This document shows, piece by piece, positions 27,852 to 37,011 of a DNA stretch of 47,543 nucleotides (positions within the stretch are counted from its first letter, which is position 1; every line of letters begins with the position of its first letter). Source of the DNA: Acidimicrobiia bacterium (GTDB lineage: Bacteria > Actinomycetota > Acidimicrobiia > Spongiisociales > ZC4RG35); the NCBI GenBank assembly GCA_040902855.1, contig JBBDWN010000019.1, positions 1 through 47,543 on the forward strand. The letters are read 5' to 3'. The notes beneath the pieces were generated by a model that worked only from the letters and a program-made list of their open reading frames with translations, did not search any database and had not been told where the DNA came from. Both the position numbers and the translations under genes were made by a program.

Positions 27852-27987
27852 CCAGCGAGCCTATCGAATGGGCCACGAGCGGTGCGATGGTCTGGTCAGA
27901 CTTCAGGCGTCATCGTGGCTGAGGAAGTCGCCGCTCTCGTACGCGCCTACGGCGGTTTCGTCAAAGGTCGCAGCTGCATTCGCCGGG

Positions 27988-29172
27988 TCATGGCTGACTC
28001 GCGAAGGTGTCCGCCTTGCGGATGGAATCCCCGAACCGCTCGAGGTCGGTCGTCTCCCACGGTTCGTACACGATCGGGGGAGACACCGCCGTGATGTCAT
28101 GTCCCTCGTTGGCCAGGAACTCCTCGATCTCACGTTTCACCGAGTCCGGACAGACGGGCGAGACGAGAAGTGACCGGATCGATTCCAGCCGCATCCCCGA
28201 GACGTGATCGTCACCTTTGTCCTCGTGGAAGTGAGGGTTCCTGGTCTCCACCTGGAACACGTCCACCAGGGATCGGTTCACCTCCGGATGTGGCGAGGTG
28301 TTCGCCCCGCCGAACTGCTCGAAGAGGTCGACGAACTCGTAGGGTTCGACCGCGAATCCGCCCGCAAACCGGAGCCGCTTGGCGAGTTCGAGGCTCATCG
28401 CGTGTTCGCCCGCGTTGCCGGTCCGAATGATCTCGGTGCCGAACCCGTTGTAGGTGGACAGCAGGAGGTTGAGAAAGCGGTTGGTGACATGGGTGGTGCG
28501 GCCCCACTTGTTGAATACCAGCCGGCCCGCTTCGATCTTCGGTTTGGACTGCCACGAGATCCTCACCATCGCATACGGGGTGGGGGCGAGGTGCAGCCCG
28601 GCCGCGAATACCTTCACGTATTCGTGCACGGCTCCAGGGACGTAGTTGTCTGCGTCGACGAATCCGACATATTCCTTGCCTGCGACCGCGGCGATGAGCA
28701 TGCCGAGCACCATTGCCTCGCCTTTCCCCGCCCGCACGCGTTGTCCGTCGACCAACGGGGCCATGCCCGATGCGACGAGGGCGTCGGCGACCCCTGGGTC
28801 GTCCTGATGAACAGCGATCCCGGCGCGCTCGGCGACATGGCAGAAGCGCTCTAGCAGCCCTCTCTCGATGTCGAACCGATCGATCGGCTCGCGGGCGGAG
28901 GCCGACACGAGGATGATGAGACAGTCGTGGGGAATGCCGGACAACACCCCTTCGATCACCTTCCGGCGCTCGTTCTTGGTGGGGACGATGATCGCCATCC
29001 GGCGCTCCACTGCGTTCATGGCAGCGGGCGGCACGAGGTTCACGAGCCGACCTTCGACGGTTGCTGCATCAGTGCTGTCGTCCAGGCCGGAATCGAGTTC
29101 GATCACCTGGGTCGTCTCGTGGATCCGGACCGCACCGAACCGTTCGTGGCGATGTGGGTGCTCGATCCTCAT
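27988..29172 (-). CDS. mpgS: Mannosyl-3-phosphoglycerate synthase (GT55)
   Basis: 394 aa. Motifs FGAVRIHETTQVIELD, MAIIVPTKNE, GKGEAM, YVGFVDADNYVPGAV, VRISWQSKPK, TGNAGEHAMS, NPHFHEDKGDDHV. These are collinear with archaeal/Thermus MPGS as I recall them. Confidence 0.88.
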   Translation of the reverse strand: MRIEHPHRHERFGAVRIHETTQVIELDSGLDDSTDAATVEGRLVNLVPPAAMNAVERRMAIIVPTKNERRKVIEGVLSGIPHDCLIILVSASAREPIDRFDIERGLLERFCHVAERAGIAVHQDDPGVADALVASGMAPLVDGQRVRAGKGEAMVLGMLIAAVAGKEYVGFVDADNYVPGAVHEYVKVFAAGLHLAPTPYAMVRISWQSKPKIEAGRLVFNKWGRTTHVTNRFLNLLLSTYNGFGTEIIRTGNAGEHAMSLELAKRLRFAGGFAVEPYEFVDLFEQFGGANTSPHPEVNRSLVDVFQVETRNPHFHEDKGDDHVSGMRLESIRSLLVSPVCPDSVKREIEEFLANEGHDITAVSPPIVYEPWETTDLERFGDSIRKADTFASQP

Positions 29173-29225
29173 CCTGCGGCGAGGGTACCGAGGAACTGTC
29201 GGTGCCGGGCGATACAGTCGGCGGC

Positions 29226-30356
29226 GTGAAGGCGCTGCACACCTCCGACTGGCATGTCGGCCGGACGATGCGCGGTCGGAGTCGCGCCGAAGAGCACCGG
29301 GCGGTCCTCACCGAGGTCGTCGGCCAGGCGGGCGAACACGACGTCGATCTCGTCCTCGTCGCCGGCGACCTCTTCGACACGGCCGCTCCGACCCCGGAAT
29401 CCGAACGGATCGTGTTCCGGGCCTTGTTGGACCTGGCGGATGTGGCCCCGGTCGTCATGGTCTCCGGCAATCACGACAATCCGCGCCGGTTCGAGGCCCT
29501 CCAACCGCTCCTCGACCTGGGCAGGGTCACCTCCGTCTCGACGATTCATGCCCCCGCAGACGGAGGCGTCCTCGAATTCGGTGAGATCGGGACGCGGGTC
29601 GTGCCAATCCCCTGGACCAGCCAGCGGGCGATCGTCTCCGCCGACGACCTCATCTCCAAGGATCGGGACGACAACGCCGTTGCCTACATCGACCGAATGC
29701 GCCGGGTGATCGCCGCACTCACCGACGATCTGGCGACGGACACCGTGAACCTCGTCGTCGCCCACCTCATGATGCACGTCGAGCCTTCGATGACGGCCGG
29801 CAGCGAGCGAGTTGCCCACACGGTCTTCGAGTACTCGCTCCCGGCGCAGGTCTTCCCCGGTTCGCTGTCCTACGTGGCGCTCGGTCACCTCCACCGCCCT
29901 CAGCGCATCCCCGCTGCCGCGCCGATCCGCTATTCGGGTTCGGTGCTGCAACTCGACTTCGGCGAAGCCGGTGAGCAAAAGTCGACGGTGCTCGTCGACG
30001 CCGAACCCGGGCGCCCGGCTGGCATGACCGAACTCCCACTCACGGCCGGGACCCGGCTGGCCGTTCTACGCGGGACCCTCGAGCAGGTGGTCGAGCAGGC
30101 AGAGGGGTTCGGGGACGCTCATGTTCGAGTCGTCTTGGACGAGACGGCCAGAGTCGGCCTGGCCGATGAGGTGCGTGAGCGGATCCCGGGAGTCGTCGAC
30201 GTGGCCCTGGAGCGGGCGGAGGACGTGAAGCAACCGATTGGTGAGGCCCGACTGGGGCGCCCGCCGCGCGAACTCTTCGCCGAGTACCTCGCCCGCACCA
30301 ACTCCGACCAGTCGCTCGTCTCGGTCTTCGACGAGCTCTTCGACGAGGTCTCATGA
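29226..30356 (+). CDS. sbcD: Mre11-type nuclease SbcD
   Basis: GTG at 29226. Phosphoesterase motifs HTSDWHVG, LVAGDLFD, VSGNHD, VVAHLMM, ALGHLH. 376 aa. Confidence 0.88.
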   Translation: MKALHTSDWHVGRTMRGRSRAEEHRAVLTEVVGQAGEHDVDLVLVAGDLFDTAAPTPESERIVFRALLDLADVAPVVMVSGNHDNPRRFEALQPLLDLGRVTSVSTIHAPADGGVLEFGEIGTRVVPIPWTSQRAIVSADDLISKDRDDNAVAYIDRMRRVIAALTDDLATDTVNLVVAHLMMHVEPSMTAGSERVAHTVFEYSLPAQVFPGSLSYVALGHLHRPQRIPAAAPIRYSGSVLQLDFGEAGEQKSTVLVDAEPGRPAGMTELPLTAGTRLAVLRGTLEQVVEQAEGFGDAHVRVVLDETARVGLADEVRERIPGVVDVALERAEDVKQPIGEARLGRPPRELFAEYLARTNSDQSLVSVFDELFDEVS

Positions 30357-32716
30357 GGCCGATCTCGCTTCACCTCGCCGGCTTCACCACCTTCAAGAAC
30401 GCCACCGACATCGACTTCGAAGGCGCCGACCTCTTCGCACTGACGGGACCCACCGGATCGGGCAAGTCGAGCGTCATCGACGCGATCTGCTTTGCCCTCT
30501 ACGGCTCCATTCCCCGGCTGAGCGGCGTGGCGCCGGTGGTGTCGCTTGGCAAGCCGGAGGCCCGTATCCGTCTCGTCTTCGCCGTCGAGGATCAGATCTA
30601 CACCGTCACCAGGCTTGTCGCCCGCCAGGGCGACGGGGCGTCCCAGCGCGATGTCCGTCTCGAGGGGCCGGACTTCGTCGTCTCTGGTGTGCGAGAGGTC
30701 GACGCCAGGGTGGAGTCCCTCCTGGGCCTCGGCTTCGATCATTTCACGCGTACCGTCGTGCTCCCACAGGGCCGGTTCGCGGCCTTCCTCGAGGACGGTC
30801 CCGCTGCCCGGGAGAAGCTTCTCAAACAACTCCTCGATCTCGGGGTCTACGAAGAGATGCGCAAGCGGGGAGCATCCCACGCAGTAGGACTCGAGGGCGA
30901 TCTCGCAGTGATCGACGCGCAACTGCACGACCTCCTCGTCGATCCCGATCAGGTTGCCGGAGCCGAGGCCCGACTCGACCGTCTCAAGGCGCTTCGCGGC
31001 GCGATCGAGGAGTCGGCGGCGACCGAGGAGGAACTCACGCTCGGTGTCCGGGAGGCGCGACAAGTGCGCGATCGCGTGTCCGTCGACCTGGAGCGGTTGG
31101 ACGCGGTGAGGCCTCCAGACAATCTCGACGACGTCGCCGAGCGCCTGCGGACGGCGCGCGTCGCATTCGACCAGGCACAGACGGCGAAGCAGGGTGCCGA
31201 AACGGCGTTGAACACCCTTGTCGAGCGACGAGCGGAACTGGGCGAGTTGGCTGCCCTCGATGGGGTGATAAAGACCCACGGACGCGTCTCCGAGATGCGG
31301 GATCGTCTCTTCAAGGGAAACGAGGTGGTGGCCGAAGTCCGGGTCAAGGCGGTGATGGCGGCGAACGCATTGAACGATGCAGAGGTGGCCCTCGATTCGG
31401 CCGACAAGAGGGCCAGATCCGCGGAACGGGCGCACGCAGCCCACGCCATACGGATACAACTGGCGGATGGCGACGAGTGCCCGGTGTGTCTCCGCGCCAT
31501 TCCGTCGGTCCCAGACGTCGACCGACCTGTGGATCTCGAGACCGCAAGCCGGGAGCAGGCGGAGGCGGTGCGCGTCCGGGACGCCGCCGCCGATGGACTT
31601 CGTGTGCTCGATGCGGAGTTGGCTCGGCTCCAAGGACACCTCGAACAGCGCACAGAGGAGCTGGCTGCGGCGGAGGCGACCGCATCCGCCCTGGCGCCGC
31701 TGGACGAGGTGCGGGCATCCAAGGATCGAGCCGTGGCACTCGACAACGAGATCGCCGAGGCTCGTCGCGCGGTGGTCGCGGCGGCGACGGGTGCGGATGA
31801 GTGTGCGCTCGTTCTGGAAAGGGTCGAGAAGGCGGTCGCGGTCGCGGCCGACGCGCTCGCCCGGGGCAGGGACACGCTGGCCGGGCTCGCTCCCCCGGTG
31901 CCTGCTCGGGTCGACGCGGCCGAGGATTGGGCGACCCTCGTCTCGTGGGTGGCGACTCGCAGTACGAAGCTGCGGGAACAGCAGATCGAGTCGGATACCG
32001 TCATCCTCGGTCTGGAGAAACAACTCGAGACGCTGCGACGGTCCTTGCTCGATGAGGCGAGGGAAGCGGGAATCGAGGATCCTGGTGGCGACGTGAAGGT
32101 GGCGGTCGCCTCGGCCATCGCGACCGAGGAGGGGACGCTCGTACGGATGCGCGCCGACCTCGAGAAGAAGCAGGCTCTGGGAGAAAAGCGCAAGGCGTTC
32201 GAGGCCGAACGCCTCCGCTACGACGCCACCGCCAAGCTGTTGCGGTCGAACAAGTTCCAGCAATGGTTGATCGAAGAAGCACTCGTCGGACTGGTTGCGT
32301 TCGCCAATGCCGAGTTGGAGAAGCTGGCAGGCGGCGCGTATTCGTTGGCGGTGGACGGCGGGGAATTCGAGGTGGTCGACCACCGAAACGCCGAGGCGCG
32401 CAGATCGGTCAAGACATTGTCAGGGGGCGAGACCTTCCTCGTGTCGCTCGCACTGGCGTTGGCACTGGCCGAACGCGTGGTGGCGACATCTGCCATCGGC
32501 ACCGCTCGGATCGAGTCGATGTTCCTCGACGAGGGATTCGGGACTCTGGATGCCGAAACCCTCGACACGGTCGCCGCGGTCGTCCAGGAGTTGGGTTCGC
32601 GCGATCGCATGATCGGCCTCGTCACCCACGTCCGCGAGTTGGCCGAGCAGATTCCCGTCCGTTTCGAAGTCAAGAAGCTCCCGAACGGCTCAACGGTCAC
32701 CAGGGTGGAGGCATGA
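30353..32716 (+). CDS. sbcC: Rad50-type SMC-like ATPase SbcC
   Basis: ATGA overlap with sbcD. Walker A GPTGSGKSS, long Ala/Glu/Arg-rich coiled coil, zinc hook CPVC (31478-31489), signature LSGGETFLVSLALALAL, Walker B MFLDEGFGTLD. Confidence 0.9.
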   Translation: MRPISLHLAGFTTFKNATDIDFEGADLFALTGPTGSGKSSVIDAICFALYGSIPRLSGVAPVVSLGKPEARIRLVFAVEDQIYTVTRLVARQGDGASQRDVRLEGPDFVVSGVREVDARVESLLGLGFDHFTRTVVLPQGRFAAFLEDGPAAREKLLKQLLDLGVYEEMRKRGASHAVGLEGDLAVIDAQLHDLLVDPDQVAGAEARLDRLKALRGAIEESAATEEELTLGVREARQVRDRVSVDLERLDAVRPPDNLDDVAERLRTARVAFDQAQTAKQGAETALNTLVERRAELGELAALDGVIKTHGRVSEMRDRLFKGNEVVAEVRVKAVMAANALNDAEVALDSADKRARSAERAHAAHAIRIQLADGDECPVCLRAIPSVPDVDRPVDLETASREQAEAVRVRDAAADGLRVLDAELARLQGHLEQRTEELAAAEATASALAPLDEVRASKDRAVALDNEIAEARRAVVAAATGADECALVLERVEKAVAVAADALARGRDTLAGLAPPVPARVDAAEDWATLVSWVATRSTKLREQQIESDTVILGLEKQLETLRRSLLDEAREAGIEDPGGDVKVAVASAIATEEGTLVRMRADLEKKQALGEKRKAFEAERLRYDATAKLLRSNKFQQWLIEEALVGLVAFANAELEKLAGGAYSLAVDGGEFEVVDHRNAEARRSVKTLSGGETFLVSLALALALAERVVATSAIGTARIESMFLDEGFGTLDAETLDTVAAVVQELGSRDRMIGLVTHVRELAEQIPVRFEVKKLPNGSTVTRVEA

Positions 32717-33618
32717 GATTCTCGGTCGAGACCTGGGCGCCCGAATATGGAGCTCCGATCGAGTCTGAGATGGACGACTCGACAACCCCTGTTGATGTCG
32801 GTGTTGAACTGGCAGCCGACGCCTGGCGTCCGCTCGAAGTCGATATCCCGCCGGCACCTGAGGTGGTTTTCGTGGACGGGGTGCGCCGGATCGACGCAAA
32901 CGTGTGGATCGACGACGAGACGGATCCCGCCGCGTACGGGGTGTGCGCGACCTATGCCGCCGGGGCTGTCCGATGCAACGGTTCAGCCGAGATCGTCGAG
33001 GCGCTCGTGGAGCGCAGCCTGTTCACGCCTGCTCGCACCGCCGAACCCATCGACACCCGCCACGGCACCTACGGCGTGGTCCCCACGGTTGGATCCGCCC
33101 CCGAGGATCTCTGGATCGGTATCCAGAAGCGGATGGCGCTGCTGGAGGGACGCGTGTCGGCCAGCCTCGGCGGTTCAGGCCTGGTCGTCGTCGACGGACC
33201 CTTGTCCCACCATCAGCAGGTGGAGGGGGCGGTCGGGTACGTGAAGACCCAGCACGTCCACCATCTGCCACCGGATCTCCGTCCGATCCTCAGGACCATT
33301 CCGGTCGGTCGCCGCACTCCCGTGTTCATGATCGGCGGCACTCGCCAGGTGTTCTCGTGGTATCTCCGGCTCGCGTCGATCGGAGGGCCGATGTCAGGGG
33401 TGGTGCGATGCGAAGTTGCGGCGGTGGGGAAGGCTGCCGACGCAATCGCGAGAGCGGACAAGGTGACGGCGACCCTGCCTCGCTTCGCCTCCCAGGAGCA
33501 CAAGGACCCACGGGCACCTCAGAATCTGTATCCGATCGGGGGCCTCGAGAGAGAACTGCGGCGTCGCCTCGGCGACCAGATGCTCATGTATCGGGCGCTT
33601 CGACGAGCAGCCTCTTGA
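32713..33618 (+). CDS. nurA: NurA-like nuclease (RNase H-fold DSB-resection nuclease family)
   Basis: ATGA overlap with sbcC. 301 aa. Ordered motifs resemble NurA: VVFVDGVRR, LVVVDGPL, GYVKTQH, GRRTPVF, SWYLRL, VVRCEV, LYPIGGLERELRRR. Assigned by pattern recognition only. Confidence 0.55.
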   Translation: MRFSVETWAPEYGAPIESEMDDSTTPVDVGVELAADAWRPLEVDIPPAPEVVFVDGVRRIDANVWIDDETDPAAYGVCATYAAGAVRCNGSAEIVEALVERSLFTPARTAEPIDTRHGTYGVVPTVGSAPEDLWIGIQKRMALLEGRVSASLGGSGLVVVDGPLSHHQQVEGAVGYVKTQHVHHLPPDLRPILRTIPVGRRTPVFMIGGTRQVFSWYLRLASIGGPMSGVVRCEVAAVGKAADAIARADKVTATLPRFASQEHKDPRAPQNLYPIGGLERELRRRLGDQMLMYRALRRAAS

Positions 33619-33621
33619 CGG

Positions 33622-34515
33622 TCAACTCTCGCGACGGGAGGCGAGAACTGCACCGGCGATGACGAGGACCGCACCGCCGAGGGCAAAGGCCGTGACCCGA
33701 TCGCCCGCGAAGGTCACGCCGAGTCCGAGCGAGATCACCGGTATCAGATAGGTGATGAACGAGGCGCGAGGACCCCCCACCCGACCCACCAGCGTTGCCA
33801 TCAAGACGAATGCCAGGCCTGTTCCCACCACGGCGAGGACGACGTTGGCGACCGCGGCGGCGACGGTGAATCTCGAGTCGGCGAGTCCGAATAGTCCGAA
33901 CGGCGTTGTCCAGACGGCCGCCAACACCAGCATGCGCGCCATGACCGGCACCGACCCGTACTTCTGCTGTATCGGCCCGGCGATGTTCGTCGCCAGTCCG
34001 TAACACAAGGTGGCGAAGAGGACCAGCGCAACCCCGATGAATGCGCTTGCCTCGTCCGCTCCCGAGGAGAGGCTCACCGCGGCGATCCCGACGAATCCGA
34101 CGGCCAGTCCGAGGCGTTGTGGCCCGCGACTCGGGCGCCCGAAGAACCAGCCTCCGATAATCGCCGTGAAGATCGGGACTGCGCCGTTGAGCATCCCGGT
34201 GACGGCGGAGTTGATGTATTGCTGAGCGAGGGGGAAGAGAGTGAAGGGGACGGCGACCCACACGACGGAGAGGACGAAGACCTTCTTGTTGTCCGCCGGT
34301 TCGAACCGGACCCGCGCCGTCGGGAGCGCTGCGAGTGCCAGTGCGCCCAGCCCTACTCGGATCCAGGTGATCAGTCCCGGATGGAAGGCGTCCAGTGCGA
34401 TGTCGATGAAGAGGAACGAGGCGCCCCAGATGAACGACACCGCCAGGAACAAGCCCCAGTCCCTCGTCTCGAAGGGATCTCGATCGCTGCGAACCGCGGT
34501 GGCCGGGAGGCTCAT
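33622..34515 (-). CDS. EamA/DMT-family transporter
   Basis: 297 aa with 10 predicted helices (WGLFLAVSFIWGASFLFIDIAL...). ATGA overlap with the upstream PNPOx-like gene. Confidence 0.8.
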   Translation of the reverse strand: MSLPATAVRSDRDPFETRDWGLFLAVSFIWGASFLFIDIALDAFHPGLITWIRVGLGALALAALPTARVRFEPADNKKVFVLSVVWVAVPFTLFPLAQQYINSAVTGMLNGAVPIFTAIIGGWFFGRPSRGPQRLGLAVGFVGIAAVSLSSGADEASAFIGVALVLFATLCYGLATNIAGPIQQKYGSVPVMARMLVLAAVWTTPFGLFGLADSRFTVAAAVANVVLAVVGTGLAFVLMATLVGRVGGPRASFITYLIPVISLGLGVTFAGDRVTAFALGGAVLVIAGAVLASRRES

Positions 34516-35165
34516 CGGGTCAGGTCCATCACATGGTCGGGCACGTCGAGGCCCGGATGGTTCTTCGGGTCGGATATCGGTTCGGAATACCCGGTCCGCG
34601 TCGGGAGCACTCCTGCCCAGATGGGGAGTTCGTAATCTTCTGGCTCGTCGTTCGGACCGCCCGTCCGCATCTTGACCGACGCCTCTCCGACGGGGAGGGA
34701 GAACATCGCTGTGCCGCGCACCTCCTTGTCGGTCATCGGCCGAAGGTGCGGTCGGCGTTCGGGAAGGATCTTGTCGACGTAGGCATCGAGGATCATCCGC
34801 CGGTCATCGACGGACGTGACTGCTTCGCTCCGCCCGAAGACGACGACCGAGCGGTAGTTGGCCGAATGGTGGAAGGCCGAGCGGGCCAGGACCAATCCGT
34901 CGATCAGGGTGATCGTCACGCACACGTCGGTCCCCGGCTTGGAGGTGCGGAACAGGCGTGTCGCGGGAGAGCCGTGGAGGTACAGGCGGTCTTCGAGGCG
35001 AGCGTGGAGCATGGGGATGACGATCGGCCGGTTGCGATCGATCAGTCCGACGTGGGCGACGGTGGCCTCGTCGATGATCGAATACGCCAGGTCTCGGTCG
35101 TACGAAGCGCGGGCCGAGTACCGGACGTCGGTGTGTTCATTCTGGATCAGTGGTTTGCGGATCAT
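34512..35165 (-). CDS. Pyridoxamine 5'-phosphate oxidase-like FMN-binding split-barrel protein
   Basis: ATG at 35165 (MIRKPLIQNEH). Motifs VAHVGLIDRNRPIVIPM, LYLHGS, SANYRSVVVFG. The track's GTG at 35225 would overlap the divergent regulator. Confidence 0.7.
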   Translation of the reverse strand: MIRKPLIQNEHTDVRYSARASYDRDLAYSIIDEATVAHVGLIDRNRPIVIPMLHARLEDRLYLHGSPATRLFRTSKPGTDVCVTITLIDGLVLARSAFHHSANYRSVVVFGRSEAVTSVDDRRMILDAYVDKILPERRPHLRPMTDKEVRGTAMFSLPVGEASVKMRTGGPNDEPEDYELPIWAGVLPTRTGYSEPISDPKNHPGLDVPDHVMDLTR

Positions 35166-35210
35166 CAGTTGCCTGGTGGATGTATCGATAGTATATGTAT
35201 CAATACAAAA
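35166..35210. promoter_or_regulatory. AT-rich divergent control region with direct and inverted repeats (candidate MocR operator)
   Basis: The only clearly AT-rich stretch in the window. ATGTATCGATA (35180-35190) and ATGTATCAATA (35195-35205) sit 15 bp apart. Palindromes TATCGATA and TGTATcaATACA. Confidence 0.5.
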
Positions 35211-36530
35211 ATGCTTTTGTACCACGACAAAGATAGCACCCCTCCTCCCGCCTCAGCCGTGGAATTGATCGAGAGGATCGAATCCGACGTGGCCAGCGGC
35301 GTCCTCGGTGCAGGAGAGAGGCTTCCCTCGATACGGGAACTGGCCGAATCGCTGTCGCTCGCCCCCAACACGGTCGCCACTGCCTACCGGCGACTGGCCG
35401 ATCGGGGAGTCGTCGTCAGCCGGGGCAGCGCCGGCACCCACGTACTCGAGCGACCTCCGATCGGGGTCCAGCAGTTGCCGATCGTTCCCCCAGGGACGAC
35501 CGACCTCGCCAGCGGCACCCCCGATCCCCGCCTGCTGCCCGACCTCGACTCCTTCGTCCGCCATCCCGGCCCCTCCACCTCGTACATCGATCCGCCCCTT
35601 CTCCCCGAGCTGGCAGAGGCGGGCAGCGAATGGCTGGGTGCTCAGGGCGTGGCCGTCCGAAGACTCACCGTCACGTCGGGGGCCCTCGACGCCATCGAAC
35701 GAATCCTCGCCTCCCGTCTCCGTCCGGGAGACGCAGTGGCTGTCGAGCGCCCCGGGTGGTCGGCCGTCACCGACTTGGTCGCGTCACTCGGGTTGCGCAG
35801 CGTCGGGGTGGCAATCGACGAGGCCGGGATGATTCCGGTTGTTCTGGCCGAGCGACTCTCCGGCGTCGAGGCCGTCATCCTCACGCCTCGCGCCCAGAAT
35901 CCTCTCGGTGCGGCGATCGACGAACGACGCCGCCAGGATCTCTCCGAGGTGCTCGCGGAAAGACCTGAAGTGCTCGTCATCGAAGACGACCACGCCGGTC
36001 CGATTGCGGGAACCCCGCTGTATCCGCTGCATGAGGGTCGCAGCCGTTGGGCATTCGTGCAATCGGTGGCCAAAGCCCTCGGTCCCGACCTCCGACTCGC
36101 CTTCGTCACCGGGGACGACCTCACACTCGACCGGGTCAGCGGCCGATTCGGGATCGGACCCGGTTGGGTGAGTCGGATCCTGCAGCGAGCGGTGGCGTCG
36201 ATGGTGACCGATCCAGAAGTGAAAGCCACCCTCGTCCGGGCGGCGGAGACCTATGCGATTCGTCGGGAGGCTCTCGTGGACGCACTCCGGCTCGCCGGGT
36301 TCTCCGGGGCCACCGGTCGATCGGGCCTGAACGTATGGGTACCGGTTGCCGCCGAAGAAGCGGCGGTGGCCGGTGCTGCCCGCGCCGGGTACGGGATCAG
36401 AGGCGGTTCGGAATTCGATGGGGGAGTTCCGACAGTGCGAATCACCGTGTCGAATCTCGACCTGGATGCCATCCCATCACTGGTCAGGTCGCTGTCGAGT
36501 CACGGTGAGTCCGGACGGAGGCTGGTGTAG
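35211..36530 (+). CDS. MocR/GabR/PdxR-type regulator (GntR wHTH fused to an aminotransferase-like domain)
   Basis: ATG at 35211. HTH segment LPSIRELAESLSLAPNTVATAYRRLADRGVV. AAT-like domain with the lysine motif QSVAKALGPDLRLAFV. 439 aa. Confidence 0.8.
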   Translation: MLLYHDKDSTPPPASAVELIERIESDVASGVLGAGERLPSIRELAESLSLAPNTVATAYRRLADRGVVVSRGSAGTHVLERPPIGVQQLPIVPPGTTDLASGTPDPRLLPDLDSFVRHPGPSTSYIDPPLLPELAEAGSEWLGAQGVAVRRLTVTSGALDAIERILASRLRPGDAVAVERPGWSAVTDLVASLGLRSVGVAIDEAGMIPVVLAERLSGVEAVILTPRAQNPLGAAIDERRRQDLSEVLAERPEVLVIEDDHAGPIAGTPLYPLHEGRSRWAFVQSVAKALGPDLRLAFVTGDDLTLDRVSGRFGIGPGWVSRILQRAVASMVTDPEVKATLVRAAETYAIRREALVDALRLAGFSGATGRSGLNVWVPVAAEEAAVAGAARAGYGIRGGSEFDGGVPTVRITVSNLDLDAIPSLVRSLSSHGESGRRLV

Positions 36531-36540
36531 CGTCCTGTCA

Positions 36541-36999
36541 ATGGCTGCAACACACTTCGCATCGATCGACGAACTCAGAGACGCGGCGGGATCCCACCTC
36601 GGGTACTCCGAGTGGTGGGAGATCACCCAGCAACGCGTCAACCAATTTGCCGATGCCACCGATGACCACCAGTTCATCCACGTCGACCCCGAGAAGGCGG
36701 CGATGGGGCCGTTCGGCGGGCCCATCGCGCATGGTTTCCTCACGTTGTCGCTGGCAGTGCCGCTCATGCAGCAGATCGTTTCGATCTCCGGCCTTCGAAT
36801 GGCCGTCAACTACGGCTTGAACAAAGTCCGCTTTCCGGCACCGGTCCCGGTCGGTTCGAAACTCCGCGCCGGCGCAGTGCTCGAATCCGTCGAAGACGTG
36901 ACCGGCGGCGTCCAGGTGGTCTACAGCGTCACCTACGAGATCGAAGGCGGCGCCAAGCCGGTGTGTGTCGCCGAAACGGTCAGCCGCTACTACCTCTAG
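36541..36999 (+). CDS. MaoC-like (R)-specific enoyl-CoA hydratase, hot-dog fold
   Basis: 152 aa. Motifs ADATDDHQFIHVDPEKAA and GPIAHGFLTLSL. Confidence 0.8.
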   Translation: MAATHFASIDELRDAAGSHLGYSEWWEITQQRVNQFADATDDHQFIHVDPEKAAMGPFGGPIAHGFLTLSLAVPLMQQIVSISGLRMAVNYGLNKVRFPAPVPVGSKLRAGAVLESVEDVTGGVQVVYSVTYEIEGGAKPVCVAETVSRYYL

Positions 37000-37011
37000 C
37001 CGTCCATTTCC

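Noticed and set aside
27988-29172. Glycosyltransferase as glucosyl-3-phosphoglycerate synthase (GpgS, GT81).
   Set aside because: The length (394 aa) and the collinear motifs (PTKNE, GKGEAM, GFVDADNY, RISWQSKPK, NPHFHEDKG) match GT55 mannosyl-3-phosphoglycerate synthases rather than the shorter GT81 enzymes.
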